From the NCBI GenBank assembly GCA_032718475.1, contig JAUCBJ010008868.1, positions 1-64,000 on the forward strand: a DNA stretch of 64,000 nucleotides. Direction: 5' to 3'. Below are positions 24,031 to 37,300 of the stretch, in pieces (the stretch's first letter is position 1; each line of letters opens with the position of its first letter). The position numbers and the translations under genes were made by a program. This DNA is from Nemertoderma westbladi. Taxonomy: Eukaryota; Animalia; Xenacoelomorpha. The notes beneath the pieces were generated by a model. The model saw only the letters and a program-made list of their open reading frames with translations. It ran no database searches and was not told the DNA's origin.

Positions 24031-24610
24031 ACAAAAACAAACTGTTTAAAATGCCTTATTTAATGAGTATATATGTATTTAGAGTTCAATTATTCACAAA
24101 TGTTGGAAAAAGTAATGTAAAATTATATTTATTCTCAAATGGTTACTTTTTCGATCGAATATACCGCAAAATCGGGAGAAAATTAGTAATTTTTTTCCCT
24201 AGGAAATAAAAGTAATCAATAGGATTGCATTGATTTTACTTTTTTCCCGGCGAAAAAAGTAAAATAAAATATTTTTGGTGGATTGAATATTTTGGGTGGA
24301 TTTTTGATAGAGCATTGACAAGGTTTGCACGTAATTTGAGCAAAATCGATTCACACATTGAAAAGTTATTACAACTTTAGTGTCTGTAAGGCGAACTCTA
24401 AAACGGAACTCAATATTCAATATTGGTTTATGTTGTTAAGCGGCTCTCTAGTTACGTAATAAATATTCGAGAACACTAAATTATTTAACATTGAGTAAAG
24501 CAACATCGAGAGTTGGAGAGTACAATAATTACAATAGCAGTAACTATGGAAGTAATATAGTAAAATACTGCAGTTCAATTTATTTTGTACCACTACCGGT
24601 ATATCGCTGT

Positions 24611-24741
24611 ATTAGATGGGAAAAAAACGTAGAACATTTTTTTTCATTATTCTCTCGACCCTTTATTAACCTCGGTGTCGCTCGGTAAATAAAATGCCTC
24701 GAGAATAGTGAAAAAAAGTTCTACTTTTTTTCCCATGTAAT
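24611..24741. repeat. Long imperfect palindrome (~45-bp arms), MITE-like or end of a non-autonomous transposon
   Basis: Left arm attagatgggaaaaaaacgtagaac...cattattctc pairs with right arm gagaatagtg...gttctac...tcccatgtaat. Confidence 0.7.
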
Positions 24742-25315
24742 AAATAATTGTAACAATACCTTTACGAAAAAAATAATTAATACGTGTTAGAACGTGTAAT
24801 ACGTGTAATCAGTTAGAACGTGTAACCTGCGCAATCACAGTTACAATCTGTCAATCAAAATATTATGGGTGGTATTACGTCACAATTATTGATACATTAT
24901 GTTTACATAACGTGATTAGAAAGGGAAATAACAGACAGGACCAAGAACATAGACAACACCCGCGTGTGTTCCTGGAAACGTAAATACAAATTATTGTTAA
25001 ACATTGATATAATCAAATATTGAAAAATGATTTAAAAGAAAAGGTGCCGCTGCTGGTAACGTTAGAATTCATTGTGCTTTAATCTGATTGGATGTTTCCA
25101 AAATACCTTCCATCTATTTCTCTGAATTCTTAATCACAAAACGCTAATGAAATATTATTAAAACAATACTGTAACAACACTATTATTATTAATTCATATG
25201 TTTCAAAAGTTTTTCTACCTAATTTGTATATATTTAATAATTTAATTCAATGTAAAATGTTCTTCCTTATCATATAGAAAAGTTTAGACCAAGCAGAACA
25301 GTGCTTTAAATGCTG

Positions 25316-25380
25316 CAGCCTAGCCCAACCCAGGCTTTCATCCTTCAGTGGTCGATAAATGGGAACCAAGGCTACTTGGG
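25316..25380 (+). mobile_element. SINE central-domain fragment (Meta-domain-like) directly preceding the 63-bp satellite
   Basis: caggctttcatccttcagtggtcgataaatgggaacca resembles the recalled SINE core cagcctttcatccttccggggtcgataaatgagtacca. No intact tRNA head seen upstream. Confidence 0.6.
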
Positions 25381-28300
25381 AAACAGAGTATAAGGTTTTA
25401 CTGTGGAAGATCACCCGTGGTGGTGAACTGGCATTCCGTTAGGAAACAGAGTGGAAGTGTTTGATTTACTGTGGAAGATCACCCATGGTGGTGAACAGGC
25501 ATTACTTTAGGAAACAGAGTAGAAGGGTTTACTGTGGAAGGTCACCCATGGTGGTGAACAGGCATTCCTTTAGGAACGAGAGTGGAAGGGTTTACTGTGG
25601 AAGATCACCCATGGTGGTGAACAGGCATTCTTTTAGGGAACAGAGTGGAAGGGTTTACTGTGGAAGATCACCCATGGTGGTGAACAGGCATTCCTTTAGG
25701 GAACAGAGTGGAGGGGTTTACTGTGGAAGATCACCCATGGTAGTGAACAGGCATTCCTTTAGGAACCAGAGTGGAAGGGTTAACTGTGGAAGATCTCCCA
25801 TGGTGGTGGACAGGCATTCCTTTAGGAAACAGAGTGGAAGGGTTTACTGTGGAAGATCACCAATGGTGGTGAACAGGCATTCCTTTAGGAAACAGAGTGG
25901 AAGGGTTTACTGTGGAAGAGATCACCCATGGTGGTGAACAGGCATTCCTTTAGGAAACAGAGTGGAAGGGTTTACTGTGGAAGATCACCCATAGTGGTGA
26001 ACAGGCATTCCTTTAGGAACCAGAGTGGAAGGGTTTACTGTGGAAGATCACCCATGGTGGTGAACAGGCATTCCTTTGGGAAACCGAGTGGAAGGGTTTA
26101 CTGTGGAAGAGATCACCCATGGTGGTGAACAGGCATTCCTTTGGGAAACAGAGTGGAAGGGTTTACTATGGGAGATCAAGATCACCCATGGTGGTGAACA
26201 GGCATTCCTTTGGGAAACAGAGTGGAAGGGTTTACTGTGGAAGAGATCACCCATGGTGGTGAACAGGCATTCCTTTGGGAAAAAGGGTGGAAGGGTTTAC
26301 TGTGGAAGATCACCCATGGTGGTGAACAGGCATTCCTTTAGGAAACATAATGGAAGGGTTTACTGTGGAAGAGATCACCCATGGTGGTGAACAGGCATTC
26401 CTTTGGGAAACAGAGTGGAAGGGTTTACTGTGGAAGAGATCAACCATGGTGGTGAACAGACATTCCTTTGGGAAACAGAGTGGAAGGGTTTACTGTGGAA
26501 GATCACCCATGGTGGTGAACAGGCATTCCTTTGGGAAAAAGGGTGGAAGGGTTTACTGTGGAAGATCACCCATGGTGGTGAACAGGCATTCCTTTAGGAA
26601 ACAGAGTGGAAGGGTTTACTGTGGAAGAGATCACCCATGGTGGTGAACAGACATTCCTTTGGGAAACAGAGTGGAAGGGTTTACTGTGGAAGATCACCCA
26701 TGGTGGTGAACAGGCATTCCTTTGGGAAACAGAGTGGAAGGGTTTACTGTGGAAGATCACCCATGGTGGTGAACAGGCATTCCTTTAGGAAACAGAATGG
26801 AAGGGTTTACTGTGGAAGATCACCCATGGTGGTGAACTGGCATTCCTTTAGGAAACAGAGTGGAAGGGTTTACTGTGGAAGAGATCACCCATGGTGGTGA
26901 ACAGGCATTCCTTTAGGAAACAGAGTATAAGGGTTTACTGTGGAAGATCACCCATGGTGGTGAACAGGCATTCCTTTGGGAAACAGAGTGGAAGGGTTTA
27001 CTGTGGAAGATCACCCATGGTGGTGAACTGGCATTCCTTTAGGAACGAGAGTGGAAGGGTTTACTGTGGAAGATCACCCATGGTGGTGAACAGGCATTCC
27101 TTTAGGAACGAGAGTGGAAGGGTTTACTGTGGAAGATCACCCATGGTGGTGAACAGGCATTCCTTTAGGAAACAGAGTTGAAGGCTTTACTGTGGAAGAT
27201 CACCAATGGTGGTGAACAAGCATTCCTTTAGGAAACAGAGTGGAAGGGTTTACTGTGGAAGATCACCCATGGTGGTGAACAGGCATTCCTTTGGGAAACA
27301 GAGTGGAAGGGTTTACTGTGGAAGATCACCCATGGTGGTGAACTAGCATTCCTTTAGGAACGAGAGTGGAAGGGTTTACTGTGGAAGATCACCCATGGTG
27401 GTGAACAGGCATTCCTTTAGGAACGAGAGTGGAAGGGTTTACTGTGGAAGATCACCCATGGTGGTGAACAGGCATTCCTTTAGGAAACAGAGTGGGAGGC
27501 TTTACTGTGGAAGATCACCCATGGTGGTGAACAGGCATTCCTTTAGGAACGAGAGTGGAAGGGTTTACTGTGGAAGATCACCCATGGTGGTGAACAGGCA
27601 TTCCTTTAGGAAACAGAGTGGAAGGGTTTACTGTGGAAGAGATCACCCATGGTGGTGAACAGACATTCCTTTGGGAAACAGAGTGGAAGGGTTTACTGTG
27701 GAAGATCACCCATGGTGGTGAACAGGCATTCCTTTAGGAAACAGAGTGGAAGGGTTTACTGAGGAAGATCACTCATGGTGGTGAACAGGCATTCCTTTAG
27801 GAAACAGAGTGGAAGGGTTTACTGTGGAAGAGATCACCCATGGTGGTGAACAGACATTCCTTTGGGAAACAGAGTGGAAGGGTTTACTGTGGAAGATCAC
27901 CCATGGTGGTGAACAGGCATTCCTTTAGGAAACAGAGTGGAAGGGTTTACTGAGGAAGATCACTCATGGTGGTGAACAGGCATTCCTTTGGGAAACAGAG
28001 TGGAAGGGTTTACTGTGGAAGATCACCCATGGTGGTGAACAGGCATTCCTTTAGGAAACAGAGTGGAAGGGTTTACTGTGGAAGATCACCCATGGTGGTG
28101 AACAGGCATTCCTTTAGGAACGAGAGTGGAAGGGTTTACTGTGGAAGATCACCCATGGTGGTGAACAGGCATTCCTTTGGGAAACAGAGTGGAAGGGTTT
28201 ACTGTGGAAGATCACCCATGGTGGTGAACAGGCATTCCTTTAGGAAACAGAGTGGAAGGGTTTACTGTGGAAGATCACCCATGGTGGTGAACAGCCATTC

Positions 28301-31300
28301 CTTTAGGAAACAGAGTGGAAGGGTTTACTGTGGAAGATCACCAATGGTGGTGAACAGGCATTCCTTTAGGAAACAGAGTGGAGGGGAGTACTGTGGAAGA
28401 TCACCCATGGTAGTGAACAGGCATTCCTTTAGGAACCAGAGTGGAAGGGTTTACTGTGGAAGATCACCCATGGTGGTGAACAGGCATTCCTTTGGGAAAC
28501 AGAGTGGAAGGGTTTACTGTGGAAGAGATCACCCATGGTGGTGAACAGACATTCCTTTGGGAAACAGAGTGGAAGGGTTTACTGTGGAAGATCACCCATG
28601 GTGGTGAACAGGCATTCCTTTAGGAACGAGAGTGGAAGGGTTTACTGTGGAAGATCACCCATGGTGGTGAACAGCCATTCCTTTAGGAAACAGAGTGGAA
28701 GGGTTTACTGTGGAAGATCACCAATGGTGGTGAACAGGCATTCCTTTAGGAAACAGAGTGGAGGGGAGTACTGTGGAAGATCACCCATGGTAGTGAACAG
28801 GCATTCCTTTAGGAACCAGAGTGGAAGGGTTTACTGTGGAAGATCACCCATGGTGGTGAACAGGCATTCCTTTGGGAAACAGAGTGGAAGGGTTTACTGT
28901 GGAAGAGATCACCCATGGTGGTGAACAGACATTCCTTTGGGAAACAGAGTGGAAGGGTTTACTGTGGAAGATCACCGATGGTGGTGAACAGGCATTCCTT
29001 TAGGAAACAGAGTGGAAGGGTTTACTGTGGAAGAGATCACCCATGGTGGTGAACAGACATTCCTTTGGGAAACAGAGTGGAAGGGTTTACTGTGGAAGAT
29101 CACCCATGGTGGTGAACAGGCATTCCTTTAGGAAACAGAGTGGAAGGGTTTACTGTGGAAGATCACCCATGGTGGTGAACAGGCATTCCTTTAGGAACGA
29201 GAGTGGAAGGGTTTACTGTGGAAGATCACCCATGGTGGTGAACAGGCATTCCTTTGGGAAACAGAATGGAAGGGTTTACTGTGGAAGATCAACCATGGTG
29301 GTGAACAGGCATTCCTTTAGGAACCAGAGTGGAAGGGTTTACTGTGGAAGATCACCCATGGTGGTGAACAGGCATTCCTTTGGGAAACAGAGTGGAAGGG
29401 TTTACTGTGGAAGATCACCCATGGTGGTGAACAGGCATTCCTTTGGGAAACAGAGTGGAAGGCTTTACTGTGGAAGATCACCAATGGTGGTGAACAGGCA
29501 TTCCTTTAGGAAACAGAGTGGAAGGGTTTACTGTGGAAGAGATCACCCATGGCGGTGAACAGGCATTCCTTTAGGAAACAGAGTGGAAGGGTTTACTGTG
29601 GAAGATCACCCATGGTGGTGAACAGGCATTCCTTTAGGAAACAGAGTGGAAGGGTTTACTGTGGAAGGAGAACGGGTATTCCTTTAGGAACCAGAGTGGA
29701 AGGGTTTACTGTGGAAGAGATCACCCATGGTGGTGAACAGGCATTCCTTTGGGAAACAGAGTGGAAGGGTTTACTGTGGAAGATCACCCATGGTGGTGAA
29801 CAGGCATTCCTTTAGGAACGAGAGTGGAAGGGTTTACTGTGGAAGATCACCCATGGTGGTGAACAGGCATTCCTTTAGGAACGAGAGTGGAAGGGTTTAC
29901 TGTGGAAGATCACCCATGGTGGTGAACAGCCATTCCTTTAGGAAACAGAGTGGAAGGGTCTACTGTGGAAGATCACCAATAGTGGTGAACAGGCATTCCT
30001 TTAGGAAACAGAGTGGAGGGGAGTACTGTGGAAGATCACCCATGGTAGTGAACAGGCATTCCTTTAGGAACCAGAGTGGAAGGGTTTAATGTGGAAGATC
30101 ACCCATGGTGGTGGACAGGCATTCCTTTAGGAAACAGAGTGGAAGGGTTTAATGTGGAAGATCACCCATGGTGGTGGACAGGCATTCCTTTAGGAAACAT
30201 AATGGAAGGGTTTACTGTGGAAGAGATCACCCATGGTGGTGAACAGGCATTCCTTTAGGAACCAGAGTGGAAGGGTTTACTGTGGAAGATCACCCATGGT
30301 GGTGAACAGGCATTCCTTTAGGAAACAGAGTGGAAGGGTTTACTGTGGAAGAGATCACCCATGGTGGTGAACAGGCATTCCTTTAGGAAACAGAATGGAA
30401 GGGTTTACTGTGGAAGATCACCCATGGTGGTGAACATGCATTCCTTTAGGAACCAGAGTGGAAGGGTTTACTGTGGAAGATCACCCATGGTGGTGAACAG
30501 GCATTCCTTTAGGAACGAGAGTGGAAGGGTTTACTGTAGAAGATCACCCATGGTGGTGAACAGGCATTCCTTTAGGAAACAGAGTAGAAGGGTTTACTGT
30601 GGAAGATCACCCATGCTGGTGAACAGGCATTCCTTTAGGAACGAGAGTGGAAGGGTTTACTGTGGAAGATCACCCATGGTGGTGAACAGGCATTCCTTTA
30701 GGAAACAAATGGAAGGGATTACTGTGGAAGATCACCCATGGTGGTGAACAGGCATTCCTTTAGGAACGAGAGTGGAAGGGTTTACTGTGGAAGATCACCA
30801 ATGGTGGTGAACAGGCATGCCTTTAGGAAACAGAGTGGAGGGGTTTACTGTGGAAGATCACCCATGGTAGTGAACAGGCATTCATTTAGGAACCAGAGTG
30901 GAAGGGTTAACTGTGGAAGATCTCCCAACGTGGTGGACAGGCATTCCTTTAGGAAACAGAGTGGAAGGGTTTACTGTTGAAGATCACCCATGGTGGTGAA
31001 CAGGCATTCCTTTAGGGAACAGAGTGTAAGGGTTTACTGTGGAAGATCACCCATGGTGGTGAACAGACATTCCTTTAGGGAACAGAGTGTAAGGGTTTAC
31101 TGTGGAAGATCACCCATGGTGGTGAACAGACATTCCTTTAGGAACCAGAGTGGAAGGGTTTACTGTGGAAGATCACCCATGGTGGTGAACAGACATTCCT
31201 TTAGGAACCAGAGTGGAAGGGTTTACTGTGGAAGATCACCCATGGTGGTGAACAGGCATTCCTTTAGGAAACACAATGGAAGGGTTTACTGTGGAAGAGA

Positions 31301-34300
31301 TCACCCATGGTGGTGAACAGGCATTCCTTTAGGAAACATAATGGAAGGGTTTACTGTGGAAGAGATCACCCATGGTGGTGAACAGGCATTCCTTTAGGAA
31401 ACATAATGGAAGGGTTTACTGTGGAAGAGATAACCCATGGTGGTGAACAGGCATTCCTTTAGGAACCAGAGTGGAAGGGTTTACTGTGGAAGATCACCCA
31501 TGGTGGTGAACAGACATTCCTTTAGGAACCAGAGTGGAAGGGTTTACTGTGGAAGATCACTCATGGTGGTGAACAGGCATTCCTTTGGGAAACATAATGG
31601 AAGGGTTTACTGTGGAAGATCACCCATGGTGGTGAACAGACATTCCTTTAGGAACCAGAGTGGAAGGGTTTACTGTGGAAGATCACCCATGGTGGTGAAC
31701 AGACATTCCTTTAGGAACCAGAGTGGAAGGGTTTACTGTGGAAGATCACTCATGGTGGTGAACAGGCATTCCTTTGGTAAAACATAATGGAAGGGTTTAC
31801 TGTGGAAGAGATCACCCATGGTGGTGAACAGGCATTCCTTTAGGAAACATAATGGAAGGGTTTACTGTGGAAGAGATCACCCATGGTGGTGAACAGGCAT
31901 TCCTTTAGGAAACATAATGGAAGGGTTTACTGTGGAAGAGATCACCCATGGTGGTGAACAGGCATTCCTTTAGGGAACAGAGTGGAAGGATTTACTGTGG
32001 AAGATCACCCATGGTGGTGAACAGGCATTCCTTTAGGAAACAGAGTGGAAGGGTTTACTGTGGAAGAGATCACCCATGGTGGTGAACAGGCATTCCTTTG
32101 GGAAACAGAGTGGAAGGGTTTACTGTGGAAGATCACCCATGGTGGTGAACAGGCATTCCTTTAGGAACCAGAGTGGAAGGGTTTATTGTGGAAGAGATCA
32201 CCCATGGTGGTGAACAGGCATTCCTTTAGGAAACATAATGGAAGGGTTTACTGTGGAAGAGATCACCCATGGTGGTGAACAGGCATTCCTTTGGGAAACA
32301 GAGTGGAAGGGTTTACTGCGGAAGATCACCCATGGTGGTGAACAGGCATTCCTTTAGGAAACATAATGGAAGGGTTTACTGTGGAAGAGATCACCCATGG
32401 TGGTGAACAGGCATTCCTTTAGGAAACAGAGTGGAAGGGTTTACTGTGGAAGAGATCACCCATGGTGGTGAACAGGCATTCCTTTGGGAAACAGAGTGGA
32501 AGGGTTTACTGTGGAAGATCACCCATGGTGGTGAAAAGGCATTCCTTTAGGAAACAGAGTGGAAGGGTTTACTGTGGAAGAGATCACCCATGGTGGTGAA
32601 CAGGCATTCCTTTGGGAAACAGAGTGGAAGGGTTTACTGTGGAAGATCACCCATGGTGGTGAACAGGCATTCCTTTAGGAAACAGAGTGGAAGGGTTTAC
32701 TGTGGAAGATCACCCATGGTGGTGAACAGGCATTCCTTTAGGAAACAGAGTGGAAGGGTTTACTGAGGAAGATCACCCATGGTGGTGAACAGGCATTCCT
32801 TTAGGAAACAGAGTGGAAGGGTTTACTGTGGAAGATCACCCATGGTGGTGAACAGGCATTCCTTTAGGGAACAGAGTGGAATGGTTTACTGTGGAAGAGA
32901 TCACCCATGGTGGTGAACAGGCATTCCTTTAGGGAACAGAGTGGAATGGTTTACTGTGGAAGATCACCCATGGTGGTGAACAGGCATTCCTTTAGGAACC
33001 AGAGTGGAAGGGTTTACTGTGGAAGATCACCCATGGTGGTGAACAGGCATTCCTTTAGGAAACAGAGTGGAAGGGTTTACTGCGGAAGATCACCCATGGT
33101 GGTGAACAGGCATTCCTTTAGGAAACAGAGTGGAAGGGTTTACTGCGGAAGATCACCCATGGTGGTGAACAGGCATTCCTTTAGGAAACAGAGTGGAAGG
33201 GTTTACTGAGGAAGATCACCCATGGTGGTGAACAGGCATTCCTTTAGGAAACAGAGTGGAAGGGTTTACTGTGGAAGATCACCCATGGTGGTGAACAGGC
33301 ATTCCTTTAGGAACCAGAGTGGAAGGGTTTACTGTGGAAGATCACCCATGGTGGTGAACAGGCATTCCTTTAGGAAACAGAGTGGAAGGGTTTACTGCGG
33401 AAGATCACCCATGGTGGTGAACAGGCATTCCTTTAGGAACCAGAGTGGAAGGGTTTATTGTGGAAGAGATCACCCATGGTGGTGAACAGGCATTCCTTTA
33501 GGGAACAGAGTGGAATGGTTTACTGTGGAAGAGATCACCCATGGTGGTGAACAGGCATTCCTTTGGGAAACAGAGTGGAAGGGTTTACTGCGGAAGATCA
33601 CCCATGGTGGTGAACAGGCATTCCTTTAGGAACCAGAGTGGAAGGGTTTATTGTGGAAGAGATCACCCATGGTGGTGAACAGGCATTCCTTTAGGGAACA
33701 GAGTGGAATGGTTTACTGTGGAAGAGATCACCCATGGTGGTGAACAGGCATTCCTTTAGGAAACAGAGTGGAAGGGTTAACTGCGGAAGATCACCCATGG
33801 TGGTGAACAGGCATTCCTTTAGGAACCAGAGTGGAAGGGTTTATTGTGGAAGAGATCACCCATGGTGGTGAACAGGCATTCCTTTAGGGAACAGAGTGGA
33901 AGGGTTTACTGTGGAAGAGATCACCCATGGTGGTGAACAGGCATTCCTTTAGGAAACAGAGTGGAAGGGTTTACTGTAGAAGTTCACCCATGGTGGTGAA
34001 CAGGCATTCCTTTAGGGAACAGAGTGGAAGGGTTTACTGTGGAAGAGATCACCCATGGTGGTGAACAGGCATTCCTTTAGGAAACAGAGTGGAAGGGTTT
34101 ACTGTGGAAGATCACCCATGGTGGTGAACAGACATTCCTTTAGGAACCAGAGTGGAAGGGTTTACTGTGGAAGATCACCCATGGTGGTGTACAGGCATTC
34201 CTTTAGGAAACAGAGTGGAAGGGTTTACTGTGGAAGATCACCCATGGTGGTGAACAGGCATTCCTTTAGGGAACAGAGTGGAAGGGTTTACTGTGGAAGA

Positions 34301-37300
34301 TCACCCATGGTGGTGAACAGGCATTCCTTTAGGGAACAGAGTGGAAGGGTTTACTGTGGAAGATCACCCATGGTGGTGAACAGGTATTCCTTTAGGAAAC
34401 ACAATGGAAGGGTTTACTGTGGAAGAGATCACCCATGGTGGTGAACAGGCATTCCTTTGGGAAACAGAGTGGAAGGGTTTACTGCGGAAGATCACCCATG
34501 GTGGTGAACAGGCATTCCTTTAGGAACCAGAGTGGAAGGGTTTACTGTGGAAGAGATCACCCATGGTGGTGAACAGGCATTCCTTTGGGAAACAGAGTGG
34601 AAGGGTTTACTGCGGAAGATCACCCATGGTGGTGAACAGGCATTCCTTTAGGAAACATAATGGAAGGGTTTACTGTGGAAGAGATCACCCATGGTGGTGA
34701 ACAGGCATTCCTTTGGGAAACAGAGTGGAAGGGTTTACTGCGGAAGATCACCCATGGTAGTGAACAGGCATTCCTTTAGGAACCAGAGTGGAAGGGTTTA
34801 TTGTGGAAGAGATCACCCATGGTGGTGAACAGGCATTCCTTTAGGGAACAGAGTGGAAGGGTTTATTGTGGAAGAGATCACCCATGGTGGTGAACAGGCA
34901 TTCCTTTAGGGAACAGAGTGGAAGGGTTTACTGTGGAAGAGATCACCCATGGTGGTGAACAGGCATTCCTTTAAGAAACAGAGTGGAAGGGTTTACTGCG
35001 GAAGATCACCCATGGTGGTGAACAGGCATTCCTTTAGGAACCAGAGTGGAAGGGTTTATTGTGGAAGAGATCACCCATGGTGGTGAACAGGCATTCCTTT
35101 AGGGAACAGAGTGGAAGGGTTTATTGTTGAAGAGATCACCCATGGTGGTGAACAGGCATTCCTTTAGGAAACAGAGTGGAAGGGTTTACTGTGGGAGATC
35201 ACCCATGGTGGTGAACAGTCATTCCTTTAGGAACCAGAGTGGAAGGGTTTACTGTGGAAGAGATCACCCATGGTGGTGAACAGGCATTCCTTTGGGAAAC
35301 TGAGTGGAAGGGTTTACTGCGGAAGATCACCCATGGTGGTGAACAGGCATTCCTTTGGGAAACAGAGTGGAAGGGTTTACTGCGGAAGATCACCCATGGT
35401 GGTGAACAGGCATTCCTTTAGGAACCAGAGTGGAAGGGTTTATTGTGGAAGAGATCACCTATTGTGGTGAACAGGCATTCCTTTAGGGAACAGAGTGGAA
35501 GGGTTTACTGTGGAAGAGATCACCCATGGTGGTGAACAGGCATTCCTTTAGGAAACAGAGTGGAAGGGTTTACTGCGGAAGATCACCCATGGTGGTGAAC
35601 AGGCATTCCTTTAGGAACCAGAGTGGAAGGGTTTATTGTGGAAGAGATCACCCATGGTGGTGAACAGGCATTCCTTTAGGGAACAGAGTGGAAGGGTTTA
35701 TTGTGGAAGAGATCACCCATGGTGGTGAACAGGCATTCCTTTAGGGAACAAAGTGGAAGGGTTTACTGTGGAAGAGATCACCCATGGTGGTGAACAGGCA
35801 TTCCTTTAGGAAACAGAGTGGAAGGGTTTACTGCGGAAGATCACCCATGGTGGTGAACAGGCATTCCTTTGGGAAACATAATGGAAGGGTTTACTGTGGA
35901 AGAGATCACCCATGGTGGTGAACAGGCATTCCTTTAGGAAACATAATGGAAGGGTTTACTGTGGAAGAGATCACCCATGGTGGTGAACAGGCATTCCTTT
36001 AGGAACCAGAGTGGAAGGGTTTATTGTGGAAGAGATCACCCATGGTGGTGAACAGACATTCCTTTGGGAAACAGAGTGGAAGGGTTTACTGCGGAAGATC
36101 ACCCATGGTGGTGAACAGGCATTCCTTTAGGAAACAGAGTAGAAGGGTTTACTGTGGAAGAGATCACCCATGGTGGTGAACAGGCATTCCTCTAGGAACG
36201 AGAGTGGAAGGGTTTACTGCGGAAGATCACCCATGGTGGTGAACAGGCATTCCTTTAGGAACCAGAGTGGAAGGGTTTATTGTGGAAGAGATCACCCATG
36301 GTGGTGAACAGGCATTCCTTTAGGAAACAGAGTGGAAGGGTTTATTGTGGAAGAGATCACCCATGGTGGTGAACAGGCATTCCTTTAGGGAACAGAGTGG
36401 AAGGGTTTACTGTGGAAGAGATCACCCATGGTGGTGAACAGGCATTCCTTTGGGAACAGAGTGGAAGGGTATACTGTGGAAGATCACCCATTGCGGTGAA
36501 CAGGCATTCCTTTAGGAAACAGAGTGGAAGGGTTTACTGTGGAAGATCACCCATGGTGGTGAACCGGCATTCCTTTGGGAAACAGAGTGGAAGGGTTTAC
36601 TGCGGAAGATCACCCATGGTGGTGAACAGGCATTCCTTTGGGAAACAGAGTGGAAGGGTTTACTGCGGAAGATCACCCATGGTGGTGAACAGGCATTCCT
36701 TTAGGAAACAGAGTGGAAGGGTTTACTGCGGAAGATCACCCATGGTGGTGAACAGGCATTCCTTTAGGAACCAGAGTGGAAGGGTTTATTGTGGAAGAGA
36801 TCACCCATGGTGGTGAACAGGCATTCCTTTAGGGAACAGAGTGGAAGGGTTTACTGTGGAAGAGATCACCCATGGTGGTGAACAGGCATTCCTTTGGGAA
36901 CAGAGTGGAAGGGTATACTGTGGAAGATCACCCATTGTGGTGAACAGGCATTCCTTTAGGAAACAGAGTGGAAGGGTTTACTGTGGAAGATCACCCATGG
37001 TGGTGAACAGGCATTCCTTTGGGAAACAGAGTGGAAGGGTTTACTGCGGAAGATCACCCATGGTGGTGAACAGGCATTCCTTTAGGAACCAGAGTGGAAG
37101 GGTTTACTGTGGAAGAGATCACCCATGGTGGTGAACAGGCATTCCTTTGGGAAACAGAGTGGAAGGGTTTACTGCGGAAGATCACCCATGGTGGTGAACA
37201 GGCATTCCTTTAGGGAACAGAGTGGAAGGGTTTACTGTGGAAGAGATCACCCATGGTGGTGAACAGGCATTCCTTTAGGAAACATAATGGAAGGGTTTAC

